Source of the DNA: Rhodospirillales bacterium
GTDB taxonomy: Bacteria; Pseudomonadota; Alphaproteobacteria; UBA8366; JADFVY01
Direction of reading: 5' to 3'
DNA: 64,000 nucleotides
Assembly: GCA_020356105.1 (NCBI GenBank)
Contig: CP070634.1
Location: forward strand, 3,611,353-3,675,352
Position numbers and translations under genes: made by a program. The notes under the pieces are model-generated. The model was not told where the DNA came from and did no database searches. It worked only from the letters and a program-made list of their open reading frames with translations. Of the stretch, positions 55,132 through 64,000 are shown piece by piece; position 1 is the stretch's first letter; each line of letters opens with the position of its first letter.

Positions 55132-58100
55132 CTAGGAACAGCCGCTTGTCGACCCGCAGGTCACGCACTTCATGCAGGTGCCGTTGCGCACCAGCGTGAA
55201 ATTCCCGCATTCGCCGCACGCATCGCCCTCATAGCCCTTGGCCCTGGCCTCGCGCATGCGATCGATCCGATCGCCCGCCGGACCGCCGCCATCCGACGCC
55301 TCGTACTGCACCGACCCGATCTCGGATGTCGCGATCGTCGCGGTTACGCCGCCGGCCGACGCCATCGCCGCCCGGGCACTGCTGCCGCCCCGATAAACCA
55401 GGAACCGCTGCGAGCGCATGAAGCCGGTGCTTGCGACCTTTTGTATCGCGGCGATCGTCGGATCGTCCGTTTCCGGTAGATCACCCTCATCGGCGCCGTT
55501 GCCGAGCGCGTCCGGAAGCACGTCGGCTGGCTCCGCGTGGGCGAGGTCGTGCCGCGCCAAGTAGGAGATCGCCAGTTCGCGGAAGATATAGTCGAGCACC
55601 GAGGTCGACATCTTGATCGTATCGTTGCCCTCGACCATGCCGGATGGCTCGAACCGCGTGAAGGTAAAGGCCTCGACGAATTCGTCCAGCGGCACCCCGT
55701 ATTGCAGGCCGATCGATATGGCGATCGCGAAATTGTTCATCAGCGAGCGGAAGGCCGCGCCCTCCTTGTGCATGTCGATGAAGATTTCACCGAGCGTGCC
55801 GTTTTCGTATTCGCCGGTGCGCAGATAGACCTTGTGTCCGCCGACGATCGCCTTCTGCGTATACCCCTTGCGCCGGCCCGGCAGGCGGCGCCGTTCGGCG
55901 CGCCGCTCGATGATCCGCTCGACGATCTTCTCGGCCATCATCGGCGCGGCCGCCGCCGGCGCTTCGGCAGCGTCCGCCGCCAGTTCCGCCGCCTCGATAT
56001 CGTCATCGGCGAGCAGGGCCGCGGACAATGGCTGGCTTAGCTTGGAGCCGTCGCGATAGAGCGCGTTCGCCTTGAGGCCGAGGCGCCACGACAATGCATA
56101 GGCGTCCTTGCAGTCATCGATCTTGGCTGCGTGCGGCATGTTGACGGTCTTCGAGATGGCCCCCGAGATGAAAGGCTGTGCCGCCGCCATCATGCGGATA
56201 TGACTTTCGACCGACAGGAACCGCTTGCCGGACTTGCCGCACGGGTTGGCGCAGTCGAACACCGCCAGATGATCCTCGCGCAGATGCGGGGCGCCCTCCA
56301 GGGTCATCGCCCCGCAGCAATAGACGTTGGCGGCCTCGATGTCGTCGCGGCTGAAACCCAGCGCTTCGAGCATGTTGAAGCCCACGGCGTCGAGCTCGGA
56401 TTCCTTGAAGCCGAGAACCTCGGTGCAGAAGGTCTCGCCGAGGGTCCACTTGTTGAAGGCGAACGAAATATCGAAGGCGTTCGCCAGCGACGATTCCAGC
56501 GCCGAGAACTGCGCCGCCGAGAAGCCCTTTTCGCCAAGACTCTGATAGTTGACGCCCGGCGCGTCACGCAGGGTTCCGTGTCCGACCGCATAGGCCACGA
56601 TATCGGCGATCTCGGTCTCGGCATAGCCGAGCGTCCGCAGGGCCAGCGGCACGGTCCGATTGATGATGCGGAAATACCCGCCGCCGGCGAGCTTCTTGAA
56701 CTTGACCAGCGCGAAATCGGGCTCGATGCCCGTCGTGTCGCAATCCATCACCAGGCCGATCGTGCCGGTCGGCGCGATCACGGTCGCCTGCGCGTTCCGG
56801 TAGCCGTGCCGCGCGCCGCGTGCGAGGGCCCGGTCCCAGGCCGCCGTGGCCGCCGCCGCCAGATCGGGCTGCGGGCATCTTGCGCTGTCGAGGGCCACCG
56901 GCGCGATCGACAGGCCCTCATAGCCCCCCGTCATGCCGTCGGCGGCGGTCTTGTGGTTGCGTATGACCCGGAGCATGGCGTCCGCGTTGTCCGCATAGCC
57001 GGGGAACGGCCCGAGCTGCTCGGCCATCTCGGCCGAGGTCTCGTACGCGGCGGCCGTCATCAGCGCGGTGATGGCGGCGCACAGGGCGCGCGCCTCTTCG
57101 CTGTCGTAGCCCAGCCCGCTCGCCATCAGAAGGGCGCCGATATTGGCGTATCCCAGACCCAGCGTGCGATAGCGGTAGCTGCGCTCGGCGATCTCGCGGG
57201 ACGGGAATTGCGCCATCAGCACGGCGATCTCGAGCGTGATCGTCCACAGCCGCACGGCGTGCTCAAAGCCGGCGATATCGAACGCACCATCCTTGCCCCG
57301 GAAGGTCATCAGGTTGAGCGACGCCAGGTTGCACGCGGTGTCGTCGAGGAACATGTATTCGGAGCACGGGTTCGACGCGTTGATCCGGCCGGACTCCGGG
57401 CAGGTGTGCCATTCGTTGATGGTGGTGTCGAACTGGAGTCCGGGATCGGCGCAGGCCCAGGCGGCGCTCGCGATATCGTCCCACAGCTGGCGCGCCTTGA
57501 CGGTCCTGGCCACGGCGCCGTCGGTGCGCCGGATCAGGTCCCAGTCCCCATCGGCTTCGACCGCTTCGATGAAATCGTTGGTCAGCCGCACCGAGTTGTT
57601 GGAGTTCTGCCCCGAGACGGTCAGGTAGGCTTCCGAATCCCAGTCGGTATCGAAGCGCGGAAACTCGATCTCGGTAAATCCCTGTCGGGCGAACTCGATG
57701 ACCCGTTGGATGTAGGCTTCCGGCACCGTGGCGCGGCGGGCCGCGATCACCGCCTGCTTGAGGTCCGGGTTGCGGCGTGCCTCGTAGCGGTCGGCATCGT
57801 CGAGCTGCAGCGAGTCCGCGGTGTGGCAGGCGGCGATCACCTGGTTGAGATGCCAACCGCACTGCTTCGAGCCGGAGACCAGGGCGGCGACCTTCTGCTC
57901 TTCGACCGCCTTCCAGTTGATGTACTCGACGATGTCCGGATGATCGATGTCGACGGTCACCATCTTGGCCGCGCGCCGCGTGGTGCCACCGGATTTGATG
58001 GCCCCGGCGGCGCGGTCGCCGATCTTGAGGAAACTCATCAGGCCCGAGGATTTTCCGCCGCCCGACAGCGGCTCGTTCTCGCCGCGCAGGCGTGAGAAAT

Positions 58101-58800
58101 TGCTGCCGGTGCCGGAGCCGTATTTGAACAGGCGCGCCTCGCGGACCCACAGATCCATGATTCCGCCGTCGTTGACCAGGTCGTCGCTGACCGACTGGAT
58201 GAAGCAGGCATGTGGCTGCGGCCGCTCGTAGGCCGAGCTCGACGGTGTCACCGCGCCGGTCCGGTGGTCGACGAAGTAATGACCCTGGCCGGGGCCGTCG
58301 ATGCCGTAGGCCCAGTGCAGGCCGGTGTTGAACCATTGCGGCGAGTTCGGGGCGCCCATCTGGGTCGCCAGCATGTAGCGCATCTCGTCGAAATACGCGC
58401 GCGCGTCGGCGTCGCTGTCGAAATAGCCGCCCTTCCAGCCCCAGTAGGTCCAGGTCCCGGCGAGACGGTCGAAGACGGCGCGCGAATCGGTCTCGCGCGT
58501 GGTGCGCTGGTCCTCGGGCAGGTCCGCCAGCGCCGCCTCATCCGCCGTGCTGCGCCACAGCCATTGCGGGACGTCGTCTTCGGGCACCGGCCGCAATCGT
58601 GCCGGGATTCCCGCCTTGCGGAGATATTTCTGCGCCAGCACGTCGGCGGCAACCTGGCTCCAGGACGCGGGAACCTGCAGATTGTCCAGCCGGAAGACGA
58701 GCGATCCGTCGGGATTGCGGATTTCGCTCTCGGTTTCGCGGAACTCGATATCGTCGTAGGGCGATGTTCCGTCTTCGGTGAACCGGCGCCTGATACGCAT
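55132..58800 (-). CDS. nrdJ: Class II (adenosylcobalamin-dependent) ribonucleotide reductase
   Basis: 1222-aa ORF. The N-terminus is [16 protein letters not shown]...[13 protein letters not shown]. The core has NPCSEY. The C-terminal zinc-ribbon-like tail is [22 protein letters not shown]. This is the typical long alphaproteobacterial NrdJ. Confidence 0.9.
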   Translation of the reverse strand: MRIRRRFTEDGTSPYDDIEFRETESEIRNPDGSLVFRLDNLQVPASWSQVAADVLAQKYLRKAGIPARLRPVPEDDVPQWLWRSTADEAALADLPEDQRTTRETDSRAVFDRLAGTWTYWGWKGGYFDSDADARAYFDEMRYMLATQMGAPNSPQWFNTGLHWAYGIDGPGQGHYFVDHRTGAVTPSSSAYERPQPHACFIQSVSDDLVNDGGIMDLWVREARLFKYGSGTGSNFSRLRGENEPLSGGGKSSGLMSFLKIGDRAAGAIKSGGTTRRAAKMVTVDIDHPDIVEYINWKAVEEQKVAALVSGSKQCGWHLNQVIAACHTADSLQLDDADRYEARRNPDLKQAVIAARRATVPEAYIQRVIEFARQGFTEIEFPRFDTDWDSEAYLTVSGQNSNNSVRLTNDFIEAVEADGDWDLIRRTDGAVARTVKARQLWDDIASAAWACADPGLQFDTTINEWHTCPESGRINASNPCSEYMFLDDTACNLASLNLMTFRGKDGAFDIAGFEHAVRLWTITLEIAVLMAQFPSREIAERSYRYRTLGLGYANIGALLMASGLGYDSEEARALCAAITALMTAAAYETSAEMAEQLGPFPGYADNADAMLRVIRNHKTAADGMTGGYEGLSIAPVALDSARCPQPDLAAAATAAWDRALARGARHGYRNAQATVIAPTGTIGLVMDCDTTGIEPDFALVKFKKLAGGGYFRIINRTVPLALRTLGYAETEIADIVAYAVGHGTLRDAPGVNYQSLGEKGFSAAQFSALESSLANAFDISFAFNKWTLGETFCTEVLGFKESELDAVGFNMLEALGFSRDDIEAANVYCCGAMTLEGAPHLREDHLAVFDCANPCGKSGKRFLSVESHIRMMAAAQPFISGAISKTVNMPHAAKIDDCKDAYALSWRLGLKANALYRDGSKLSQPLSAALLADDDIEAAELAADAAEAPAAAAPMMAEKIVERIIERRAERRRLPGRRKGYTQKAIVGGHKVYLRTGEYENGTLGEIFIDMHKEGAAFRSLMNNFAIAISIGLQYGVPLDEFVEAFTFTRFEPSGMVEGNDTIKMSTSVLDYIFRELAISYLARHDLAHAEPADVLPDALGNGADEGDLPETDDPTIAAIQKVASTGFMRSQRFLVYRGGSSARAAMASAGGVTATIATSEIGSVQYEASDGGGPAGDRIDRMREARAKGYEGDACGECGNFTLVRNGTCMKCVTCGSTSGCS

Positions 58801-58928
58801 GCCGTCAATTCTCCTCTGCGGGACGCGGAAGCCACGGATCCCTGTTCAAGCTGGTTTGGATAGGGACGTTCGGGGCCGGAGCAACCCTTTAACGTCCAAG
58901 TTTTCCCAATATTTGGGCGTTTCAGGCG

Positions 58929-58967
58929 ACACTAATACAAAATGTAGTAGTCGACAATATATATTGT
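58929..58967 (-). promoter_or_regulatory. Candidate NrdR boxes upstream of nrdJ
   Basis: Perfect 14-bp palindrome ACAATATATATTGT (58954-58967) fits the NrdR-box consensus (acaCwAtATaTwGtgt). A weaker box-like ACACTAATACAAAATGT lies at 58929-58945. Both sit in a lower-GC tract 130-170 nt upstream of the ATG. Confidence 0.5.
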
Positions 58968-59058
58968 GGAAAAAAATCAGTAATGCGCGAAATCTGGGAG
59001 TTTTCTTGCGGAATTGCTGCCGGCGCCGCGGCGGAGCCGCGCGATCCCGGCGCGCGCG

Positions 59059-59967
59059 TCACTGCCGGTCGGTACGCTGGATCAGGACGATCGCGCAGAT
59101 AACTAGGACAATGCCGGCGAACTGGCCAATGCCGGGCTGTTCGCCGAGCACCGCGACGGCGCCGAGCGTCGCCACCACAGGTTCGAGGTTCGACAGAAGG
59201 GCGGTGCGGACCGGCCCGAGCAACGGCAGGGCGATGAAGAACAGCGTCACGCCGAGGCCGGCGGCCGCGCCCGCGAAGATCAGCCCGGTCCAGGCCGTCG
59301 CGGTCTGCGGCGCGGCGAACCCCGGTCCCGCCGAGACCGCGGCGGCGGTGAGGATCGCCGCGATCAGGGCGAAATTCGCGGTCGTCGCCCGACGATCCCG
59401 CATGCCGCTCAAGCGGGCCACCAGCACGGTGACCAGCGCCAGGCCGAAGGCGGCCAGCAATCCCAGCGCCACGCCCCGCGGATCGGGCTCGGCGGCGTTG
59501 ACGCCGACCGCCAGCGCGACCCCGGAAAACGCCACCGCCAGCGCCAGCACGCGTACCGGTGTCGCCCGCTCTGTCCCGGCGAGCGCGGTCATCAGCACGA
59601 CCTGGGCCGGAAAGGTGTAGAGCAGCAGCACCGCGAGGGACACCGGGATATACGCGATCGCCGAGATGTAGGCCCAGGAATAGACCGCGAGCAGGGCGCC
59701 GAGACCGATCGCGGCCGGCCACATGCGCCGCGGCAGGGCGAGCGCGAAGCGCCGCCCGCCATCCTCGGTGGGCATCAGCGCGATCACGAAGAACAGCGTG
59801 AACAGGTGCCGGGCGACGGCCACGGTTTCCGGGGTGCTGCCGCCGGCATAGGCGATGCGGGCCCCGGTCGGAAACAGGCCCAGCACCGTCATGGCGACCA
59901 CCATCAGACCCGCTCCGAGGCGCAGCTGGCGCGTGCGACTGTCGCTCTGCATCGTCTCGCGCGCCAT
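59059..59967 (-). CDS. EamA/DMT-family transporter
   Basis: Start at ATG 59967 or 59952. About 10 TM helices with a duplicated EamA architecture. The upstream 60 codons of the track ORF are Arg/Cys/Pro-rich and unlikely to be coding. Confidence 0.8.
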   Translation of the reverse strand: MARETMQSDSRTRQLRLGAGLMVVAMTVLGLFPTGARIAYAGGSTPETVAVARHLFTLFFVIALMPTEDGGRRFALALPRRMWPAAIGLGALLAVYSWAYISAIAYIPVSLAVLLLYTFPAQVVLMTALAGTERATPVRVLALAVAFSGVALAVGVNAAEPDPRGVALGLLAAFGLALVTVLVARLSGMRDRRATTANFALIAAILTAAAVSAGPGFAAPQTATAWTGLIFAGAAAGLGVTLFFIALPLLGPVRTALLSNLEPVVATLGAVAVLGEQPGIGQFAGIVLVICAIVLIQRTDRQ

Positions 59968-60118
59968 GGTGCGGGTCTCCGGCGGCCGGTGTCGGGGCGA
60001 TGATGAGCCTGCCCGACAACAGCGTCCGCGGCAAGCGTGCGGCGGCACTGGACGGATCGGGCGCGCGATGGCATAGTCGCGCCGCATTCTGACCGGCCGG
60101 CAGCAGGAGTCTCGTGCA

Positions 60119-60478
60119 ATGGCCAATCTGTGGACCCGCATCTTCACCGCCGCCTACGGAAAATTCGTGGCGACCGACAGTTTCGGAAACCGCTATTACC
60201 ACGAGCGGCGCGCGCCGCAAGGTCGCCGCCGTCGTCGCTGGGTGGTGTACAAGGGCGAGGTCGAGGCCAGCCGCATCCCGCCGGAGTGGCACGCCTGGCT
60301 GCATTACACGATCGACGAGCCGCCGATCGGCGGCGGCGTGCCGCACGCCGACTGGCAGCGCCCGCACGCGCCCAACCCGACCGGCAGCGACGCGGCGTAC
60401 CGCCCGCCCGGCCACCTGCTGGCCGGCGGTCGCCGCGACCGGGCGACCGGCGACTACGAGCCGTGGCAGCCGAACTGA
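60119..60478 (+). CDS. NDUFA12 (B17.2)-like family protein
   Basis: 119 aa. ...GKFVATDSFGNRYYHERR.....RRWVVYKGEVEASRIPPEWHAWLHYTIDEPP is the conserved alphaproteobacterial NDUFA12-like pattern. CAGGAG RBS. Confidence 0.8.
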   Translation: MANLWTRIFTAAYGKFVATDSFGNRYYHERRAPQGRRRRRWVVYKGEVEASRIPPEWHAWLHYTIDEPPIGGGVPHADWQRPHAPNPTGSDAAYRPPGHLLAGGRRDRATGDYEPWQPN

Positions 60479-60504
60479 CGACACCGGCACCGCGCCGCAG
60501 CAGA

Positions 60505-61014
60505 CTGTCGGACGAGACCCGCCACACCCTCGTCGGCGCGGCCGTGATGGCGGTCCTGGCGACGCTGTTCGTGCTCTCTGCCGGCCCGGGCGGCGGGACC
60601 AGCGGCAGCTACACGCTGATCGCGCGGTTTGCCAGCGCCGAGGGCATCTATCTCGATTCGCCGGTGCGGCTGGCCGGCGTCGATATCGGGCGGGTGACCG
60701 GCATGGCATATGAATCGGCGACCCAGCGCACCGTGCTGAGCCTGGAAATCGGCCCCGGGATCGAGCTTCCCGAGGACAGCATCGCCATCGTGACCAGCGA
60801 GGGCATGCTGGGCGGCCGCTTCGTCCGCATCGACCCCGGCGGTGCCCTCGACCCGCTGAGGGATGGCGACGCCATCGAATACACCCAGGGTTCGATCCTG
60901 TTCGAGGAGCTGCTGGCCAAGGTCATCGTCGCGGTCGAGCGCAAACGGCTGGCGCGCCGTGCCGCGGAGGGCAGCGACGCGACGCCCGGCGCACCCGGGA
61001 CGGCCGACCCATGA
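60505..61014 (+). CDS. MlaD/MCE-domain protein 1
   Basis: MCE domain (YTLIARFASAEGIYLDSPVRLAGVDIGRVTGM...IVTSEGMLGGRFVRIDPG). The 5' end is set at CTG 60505 because (L)SDETRHTLVGAAVMAVLATLF parallels MSRNIIETVLGGVVLIVAGLF of the next gene. The first canonical start (GTG 60544) would truncate the TM anchor. Confidence 0.6.
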   Translation: MSDETRHTLVGAAVMAVLATLFVLSAGPGGGTSGSYTLIARFASAEGIYLDSPVRLAGVDIGRVTGMAYESATQRTVLSLEIGPGIELPEDSIAIVTSEGMLGGRFVRIDPGGALDPLRDGDAIEYTQGSILFEELLAKVIVAVERKRLARRAAEGSDATPGAPGTADP

Positions 61015-61472
61015 GCCGCAACATCATCGAGACCGTGCTCGGGGGCGTGGTACTGATCGTCGCCGGGCTGTTCCTCGTCTTCGCCTACACCACGACCGAC
61101 ATCCGGCCGGTCACCGGGTATACCGTGACGGCCCGCTTCAACGCGATCGACGGGCTGACCGTGGGCAGCGACGTTCGGGTCGGTGGCGTCAAGGTCGGCA
61201 GCGTCGTCGGGCAACGGGTCGACATGGAAGAGTTCCGCGCCGTTGTCCGGATGACGATCCGCCCGGACGTCCGCCTTCCGGACGACAGCGTCGTCAGCGT
61301 GTCGTCGGAGGGGCTGCTCGGCGGCAAGTACATCCGCATCGATCCCGGCGGCAGCGCGACGATGCTGGCCGACCAGGGCGAATTCGCCAACACCCGGGAC
61401 ATCGTCTCGCTCGAGGAGATGCTCGGCAAGGTCATCTTCCTGGTGACCGACGAGCTGGAGAGCGGCCGATGA
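61011..61472 (+). CDS. MlaD/MCE-domain protein 2
   Basis: 153 aa. ATG overlaps the upstream TGA. It has an N-terminal TM anchor and an MCE domain (YTVTARFNAIDGLTVGSDVRVGGVKVGSV...VSSEGLLGGKYIRIDPG). Confidence 0.75.
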   Translation: MSRNIIETVLGGVVLIVAGLFLVFAYTTTDIRPVTGYTVTARFNAIDGLTVGSDVRVGGVKVGSVVGQRVDMEEFRAVVRMTIRPDVRLPDDSVVSVSSEGLLGGKYIRIDPGGSATMLADQGEFANTRDIVSLEEMLGKVIFLVTDELESGR

Positions 61473-62011
61473 CAGCGCGCCGGCGCCATATCCCGTCTGC
61501 CCCGGCGATGCCACATTCGCACGCTAAGGCTGGACACATGCGCCTCGCACCCATTCCCCGCAACGTCGGGCCCGGATCGCCGGTTCGCCGTCTCGGCGCC
61601 ATGCTCGGCGTCGTCCTGGCGCTTGCGTTTGCCGCGCCCGCCGCGGCGATCCCCGGCAAGGCGGTGCTGCTCCAAGGCCTCGACAAGGTGACCGCGCGCA
61701 CGGTGACGATCGAGGTCGCGGTCGGCCAGACCGTGACCTTCGGCACCCTCGAGATCGTGGTCCGGGCCTGCGACCGCACGCCGCCCACCGAGCCGCCCGA
61801 ATCGACCGCGTTTCTCGATATCTACGAGATCCGGCCCGGCGAGCCGCGGACCGATCTGTTCCACGGCTGGATGTTTGCCTCCTCGCCGGCGCTGAACGCG
61901 CTCGAGCATCCGGTCTACGACGTCTGGGTGCTGGAATGCCTGTCCGATCTGCCGGCCACCGACGGGCCCGGAATGCCGGTGCCGCGCCCCAAGCCGATCG
62001 CCCCGAACTGA
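61469..62011 (+). CDS. DUF2155 domain protein
   Basis: ATG 61469 overlaps the upstream TGA; alternative internal starts exist. It has a signal peptide (LGAMLGVVLALAFAAPAAA), then AVLLQGLDKVTARTVTIEVAVGQTVTFGTLEIVVRAC...TAFLDI...GWMFASSPALNALEHPVYDVWV, typical of DUF2155. Confidence 0.65.
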   Translation: MTARRRHIPSAPAMPHSHAKAGHMRLAPIPRNVGPGSPVRRLGAMLGVVLALAFAAPAAAIPGKAVLLQGLDKVTARTVTIEVAVGQTVTFGTLEIVVRACDRTPPTEPPESTAFLDIYEIRPGEPRTDLFHGWMFASSPALNALEHPVYDVWVLECLSDLPATDGPGMPVPRPKPIAPN

Positions 62012-62110
62012 GCCTCGTTAAGCCTCGGTTTACCCGCCGTTAAGGCCGGTTGTGTTCTGATAAGTCATTGATGCTTATCGGATAACTGGCCGGAGGAGGG
62101 CCTGTCGGCA

Positions 62111-62707
62111 ATGACTCGTGCAAACCGGCGCCGGCGTGCGCTGACAGCTTCGATTTTCGCATGCGGGCTGGTGCTGCTGGCCGGCACGGAGCCGGCGATC
62201 GCGGCGGAGGAGTTCCGCGTGACCGGGGGCGAGCTCGTGTGCGGCACCAATACGGCGCCGTCGGAATCCGGCGTTGCGCCCTATGGCGACTGCCTGCAGA
62301 TCGGCCCGGTGCGGATCGGCGAAACCCTGCGCGACGTCGCGATGCGGTTCGGACGTGCCGGCAAGACGGTGCGCCAGGGGTCGGTCACCTACCGGGTGTG
62401 GCCGGTCAATCTCAAAGTGCCGCCCGGCACCTCGCTGCCCTACTGGGTGATCGGATTCGACGACAACCGCCGCGTTGTCTCGATCCAGCTGACCGGCGAC
62501 CGGCCGGTCGACCGGTACGATTTCTCCTCGCTGCGGCTCGGCGATCCGGAGGACCGGGTGCGCGAGATCCTGGGCGATCCGAGCGACACCGAGCCGGTGC
62601 CCCAGGTCGGCGCCGAGATGTGGGTCTGGCGGCCCTATCCGGTGACCCTGGAAATCAAGAACGGCCGCGTCTATTCCATGCGGGTGACGCACGCGACGGG
62701 GCCCTAG
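62111..62707 (+). CDS. Secreted hypothetical protein
   Basis: 198 aa with a GGAGGAGGG RBS and a signal peptide (RRRRALTASIFACGLVLLAGTEPAIA). No family recognised. Confidence 0.5.
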   Translation: MTRANRRRRALTASIFACGLVLLAGTEPAIAAEEFRVTGGELVCGTNTAPSESGVAPYGDCLQIGPVRIGETLRDVAMRFGRAGKTVRQGSVTYRVWPVNLKVPPGTSLPYWVIGFDDNRRVVSIQLTGDRPVDRYDFSSLRLGDPEDRVREILGDPSDTEPVPQVGAEMWVWRPYPVTLEIKNGRVYSMRVTHATGP

Positions 62708-62742
62708 CGCCGCCGCCCTTCGCCCGGACCGGGCGCAAAAGA

Positions 62743-62780
62743 AAAGCCGCCCCCGCCGGCGCGGGGGCGGCTTTCCTGTT
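62743..62780. terminator. Bidirectional rho-independent terminator
   Basis: AAAGCCGCCCCCGC-cggc-GCGGGGGCGGCTTT forms a 14-bp perfect stem, T-rich on both sides (TTTCCTGTT plus strand; TTTTCTTTTG minus strand). It lies between convergent genes. Confidence 0.7.
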
Positions 62781-62838
62781 ATGGCGGGAACCGAAGGGGG
62801 CCGGACACGGACCCCCCATTCCCGGATCTACGCGTCGC

Positions 62839-63111
62839 TCAGAGCGATCCCTTGAAGGCCGCCGCCGGCTTGAAGCCGACCGACTTGCTGGCCTTGATGG
62901 TGATCGGCTGGCCGGTCCGCGGGTTGCGGCCCCTGCGGGCGGCGCGGTGGCGAACCTTGAACTTGCCAAAGCCCGGGATCTGAAGCTCACCGCTCTTCTT
63001 GCAGGTCTTCATCATCGAGTCGAACATCTTGTTGACCGCGTCACGGGCGCTCGTCTTCGTGCAACCGGTGGTCTTGGCGACCAATTCCACCATATCGTCC
63101 TTGCTGCTCAT
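62839..63111 (-). CDS. HU/IHF-family DNA-binding protein
   Basis: Start at ATG 63111. The 90-aa protein is MSSKDDMVELVAKTTGCTKTSARDAVNKMFDSMMKTCKKSGELQIPGFGKFKVRHRAARRGRNPRTGQPITIKASKSVGFKPAAAFK. Confidence 0.85.
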   Translation of the reverse strand: MSSKDDMVELVAKTTGCTKTSARDAVNKMFDSMMKTCKKSGELQIPGFGKFKVRHRAARRGRNPRTGQPITIKASKSVGFKPAAAFKGSL

Positions 63112-63342
63112 CGTTGTCCTCTCTCTGTTCAGACAATGATTGCCAGATGGGGGCCGCCCGCCGAACCGGTCCGCCCGCGAGCCTCGCGGGGCCGGGAGCC
63201 GTCTTGTCCGCGACTTCAGGCGATCAAGTGCGCCGGCAAGCAACCTTGAACGCCTATCAAAGCCATCCAAACATGAAGAATTGGTAAATTCGGACGTCAC
63301 CGAATTGGCGAAAAAGGGCGAAGCGATGCGGCCTCGTGGCTG

Positions 63343-64000
63343 CTAGCTGCCCGGCTCCAGCGCCTTCCACAGCTCGGTGTTGGTGCGGATCAGGAGCTCG
63401 TCGCGGCGGCCCGCAAGGCAGTTGCGCAGGCCGTAGACCAGGCCGCGCCGCAGCTCGTCGAGGCAGGTTGCGAACACCCGCTCCGCGGGTTCTGCGCCCG
63501 CGGCCGGCGCGGTTGCCGTAATCCGGTGCCACAGCGCGCGGCGCTCCGCATCGCCGAGCCGCGTGTCCGGGCCGAGCGCGTTGATCGCGCGGTCGAGGAT
63601 GTTGAGGCTCTCGCCCAGCGCCGCCGGCGAATCGAAGTAATCGGCCGCCAGCAGCCGCGCCGGGCCGGCCGCGAATCGGGCCTCTTCCGGGGTGATCGGC
63701 GCGGCGTCGCCGGGCACCGGGTCGGGCAGGATGGTAACCAGCGGGCCGACCTCGACGGCGATCGTCACCGCGCCCAGCTCCGCCGGGTCGGCGACCTTAA
63801 GGCGCACCTCGATACCGGTGTTGCCCCGGCTCGAGACCAGCCGGACGCGATCCCCGGCGGGCACCCGCCGGCGCGTGCCGTCGGCCGCGACCAGGTGCAG
63901 CCACAGCCCGGCGCCGCCGGCCACGTGATAGGGCGTGCCGTGGTTCGGCGATTTGCGTGCGCGCTGGAGGCAGAAGCTGCTCAGCTGGGCGGCGCAGCCC
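63343..64000 (-). CDS. Hypothetical protein, partial (frame stays open to the window edge)
   Basis: The track starts it at GTG 63924. The same frame continues without a stop to 63999 (...GCAAQLSSFCLQRARKSPNHGTPYHV-AGGAGLWLHL...). No family recognised. Confidence 0.4.
   Translation of the reverse strand, partial: GCAAQLSSFCLQRARKSPNHGTPYHVAGGAGLWLHLVAADGTRRRVPAGDRVRLVSSRGNTGIEVRLKVADPAELGAVTIAVEVGPLVTILPDPVPGDAAPITPEEARFAAGPARLLAADYFDSPAALGESLNILDRAINALGPDTRLGDAERRALWHRITATAPAAGAEPAERVFATCLDELRRGLVYGLRNCLAGRRDELLIRTNTELWKALEPGS

Noticed and set aside
58801-58928. Cobalamin riboswitch in the nrdJ leader.
   Set aside because: I looked on the minus strand for a B12-box-like core (…AGYCMGGAGACCKGCC…) and the usual GC-rich multi-stem architecture and found neither. 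B12 riboswitches normally control B12-independent RNRs rather than nrdJ.

Overview
This is a 64-kb, visibly GC-rich bacterial chromosomal segment (G+C not computed). Its housekeeping synteny looks alphaproteobacterial: ndk; purN-purM divergent from DUF2066/pgsA-like/AI-2E permease/hdaA; clpS-clpA; NDUFA12-like/MlaD/MlaD/DUF2155; class II RNR nrdJ; HU. I recognised no rRNA, tRNA, CRISPR array, transposase or integrase.

Main blocks:
(1) 1-8.3 kb, minus strand: an oxidative-type dissimilatory sulfite reductase cluster in Allochromatium order, dsrA-B-E-F-H-C-M-K-L-(J). It diverges from a TauD-like dioxygenase, two tiny translationally coupled ORFs and siroheme synthase cysG.
(2) 11.5-19.3 kb: detox/redox-type genes, namely a haloacetate-dehalogenase-like hydrolase, a CHRD protein, a PepSY-TM protein, a GST, a Xi-class GST (YqjG-like), an epoxide hydrolase, an FAD oxidoreductase and DUF1330.
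(3) 29.8-36.1 kb: a MocR/TauR-like regulator, sulfoacetaldehyde acetyltransferase xsc, an aconitase-X pair (DUF521+DUF126) and pta. I consider this the most unusual arrangement in the window.
(4) 43.9-48.9 kb: an Anbu proteasome-like locus with a circularly permuted ATP-grasp and an alpha-E protein divergent from Anbu, plus a convergent, overlapping HExxH zinc peptidase.
(5) 49.1-54.4 kb: two paralogous FecR-domain proteins, each behind a strikingly AT-rich island, followed by a CHASE2-PAS-GGDEF-EAL protein.

Smaller observations: two conserved genes (purM, first MlaD) have no canonical start codon; a secreted endostatin-like protein; a three-copy REP-like palindromic element; candidate NrdR and PhaR operators; several rho-independent terminators.

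All functional calls rest on my own recognition of motifs and families in the supplied translations and on gene order. No database search or computation was run.
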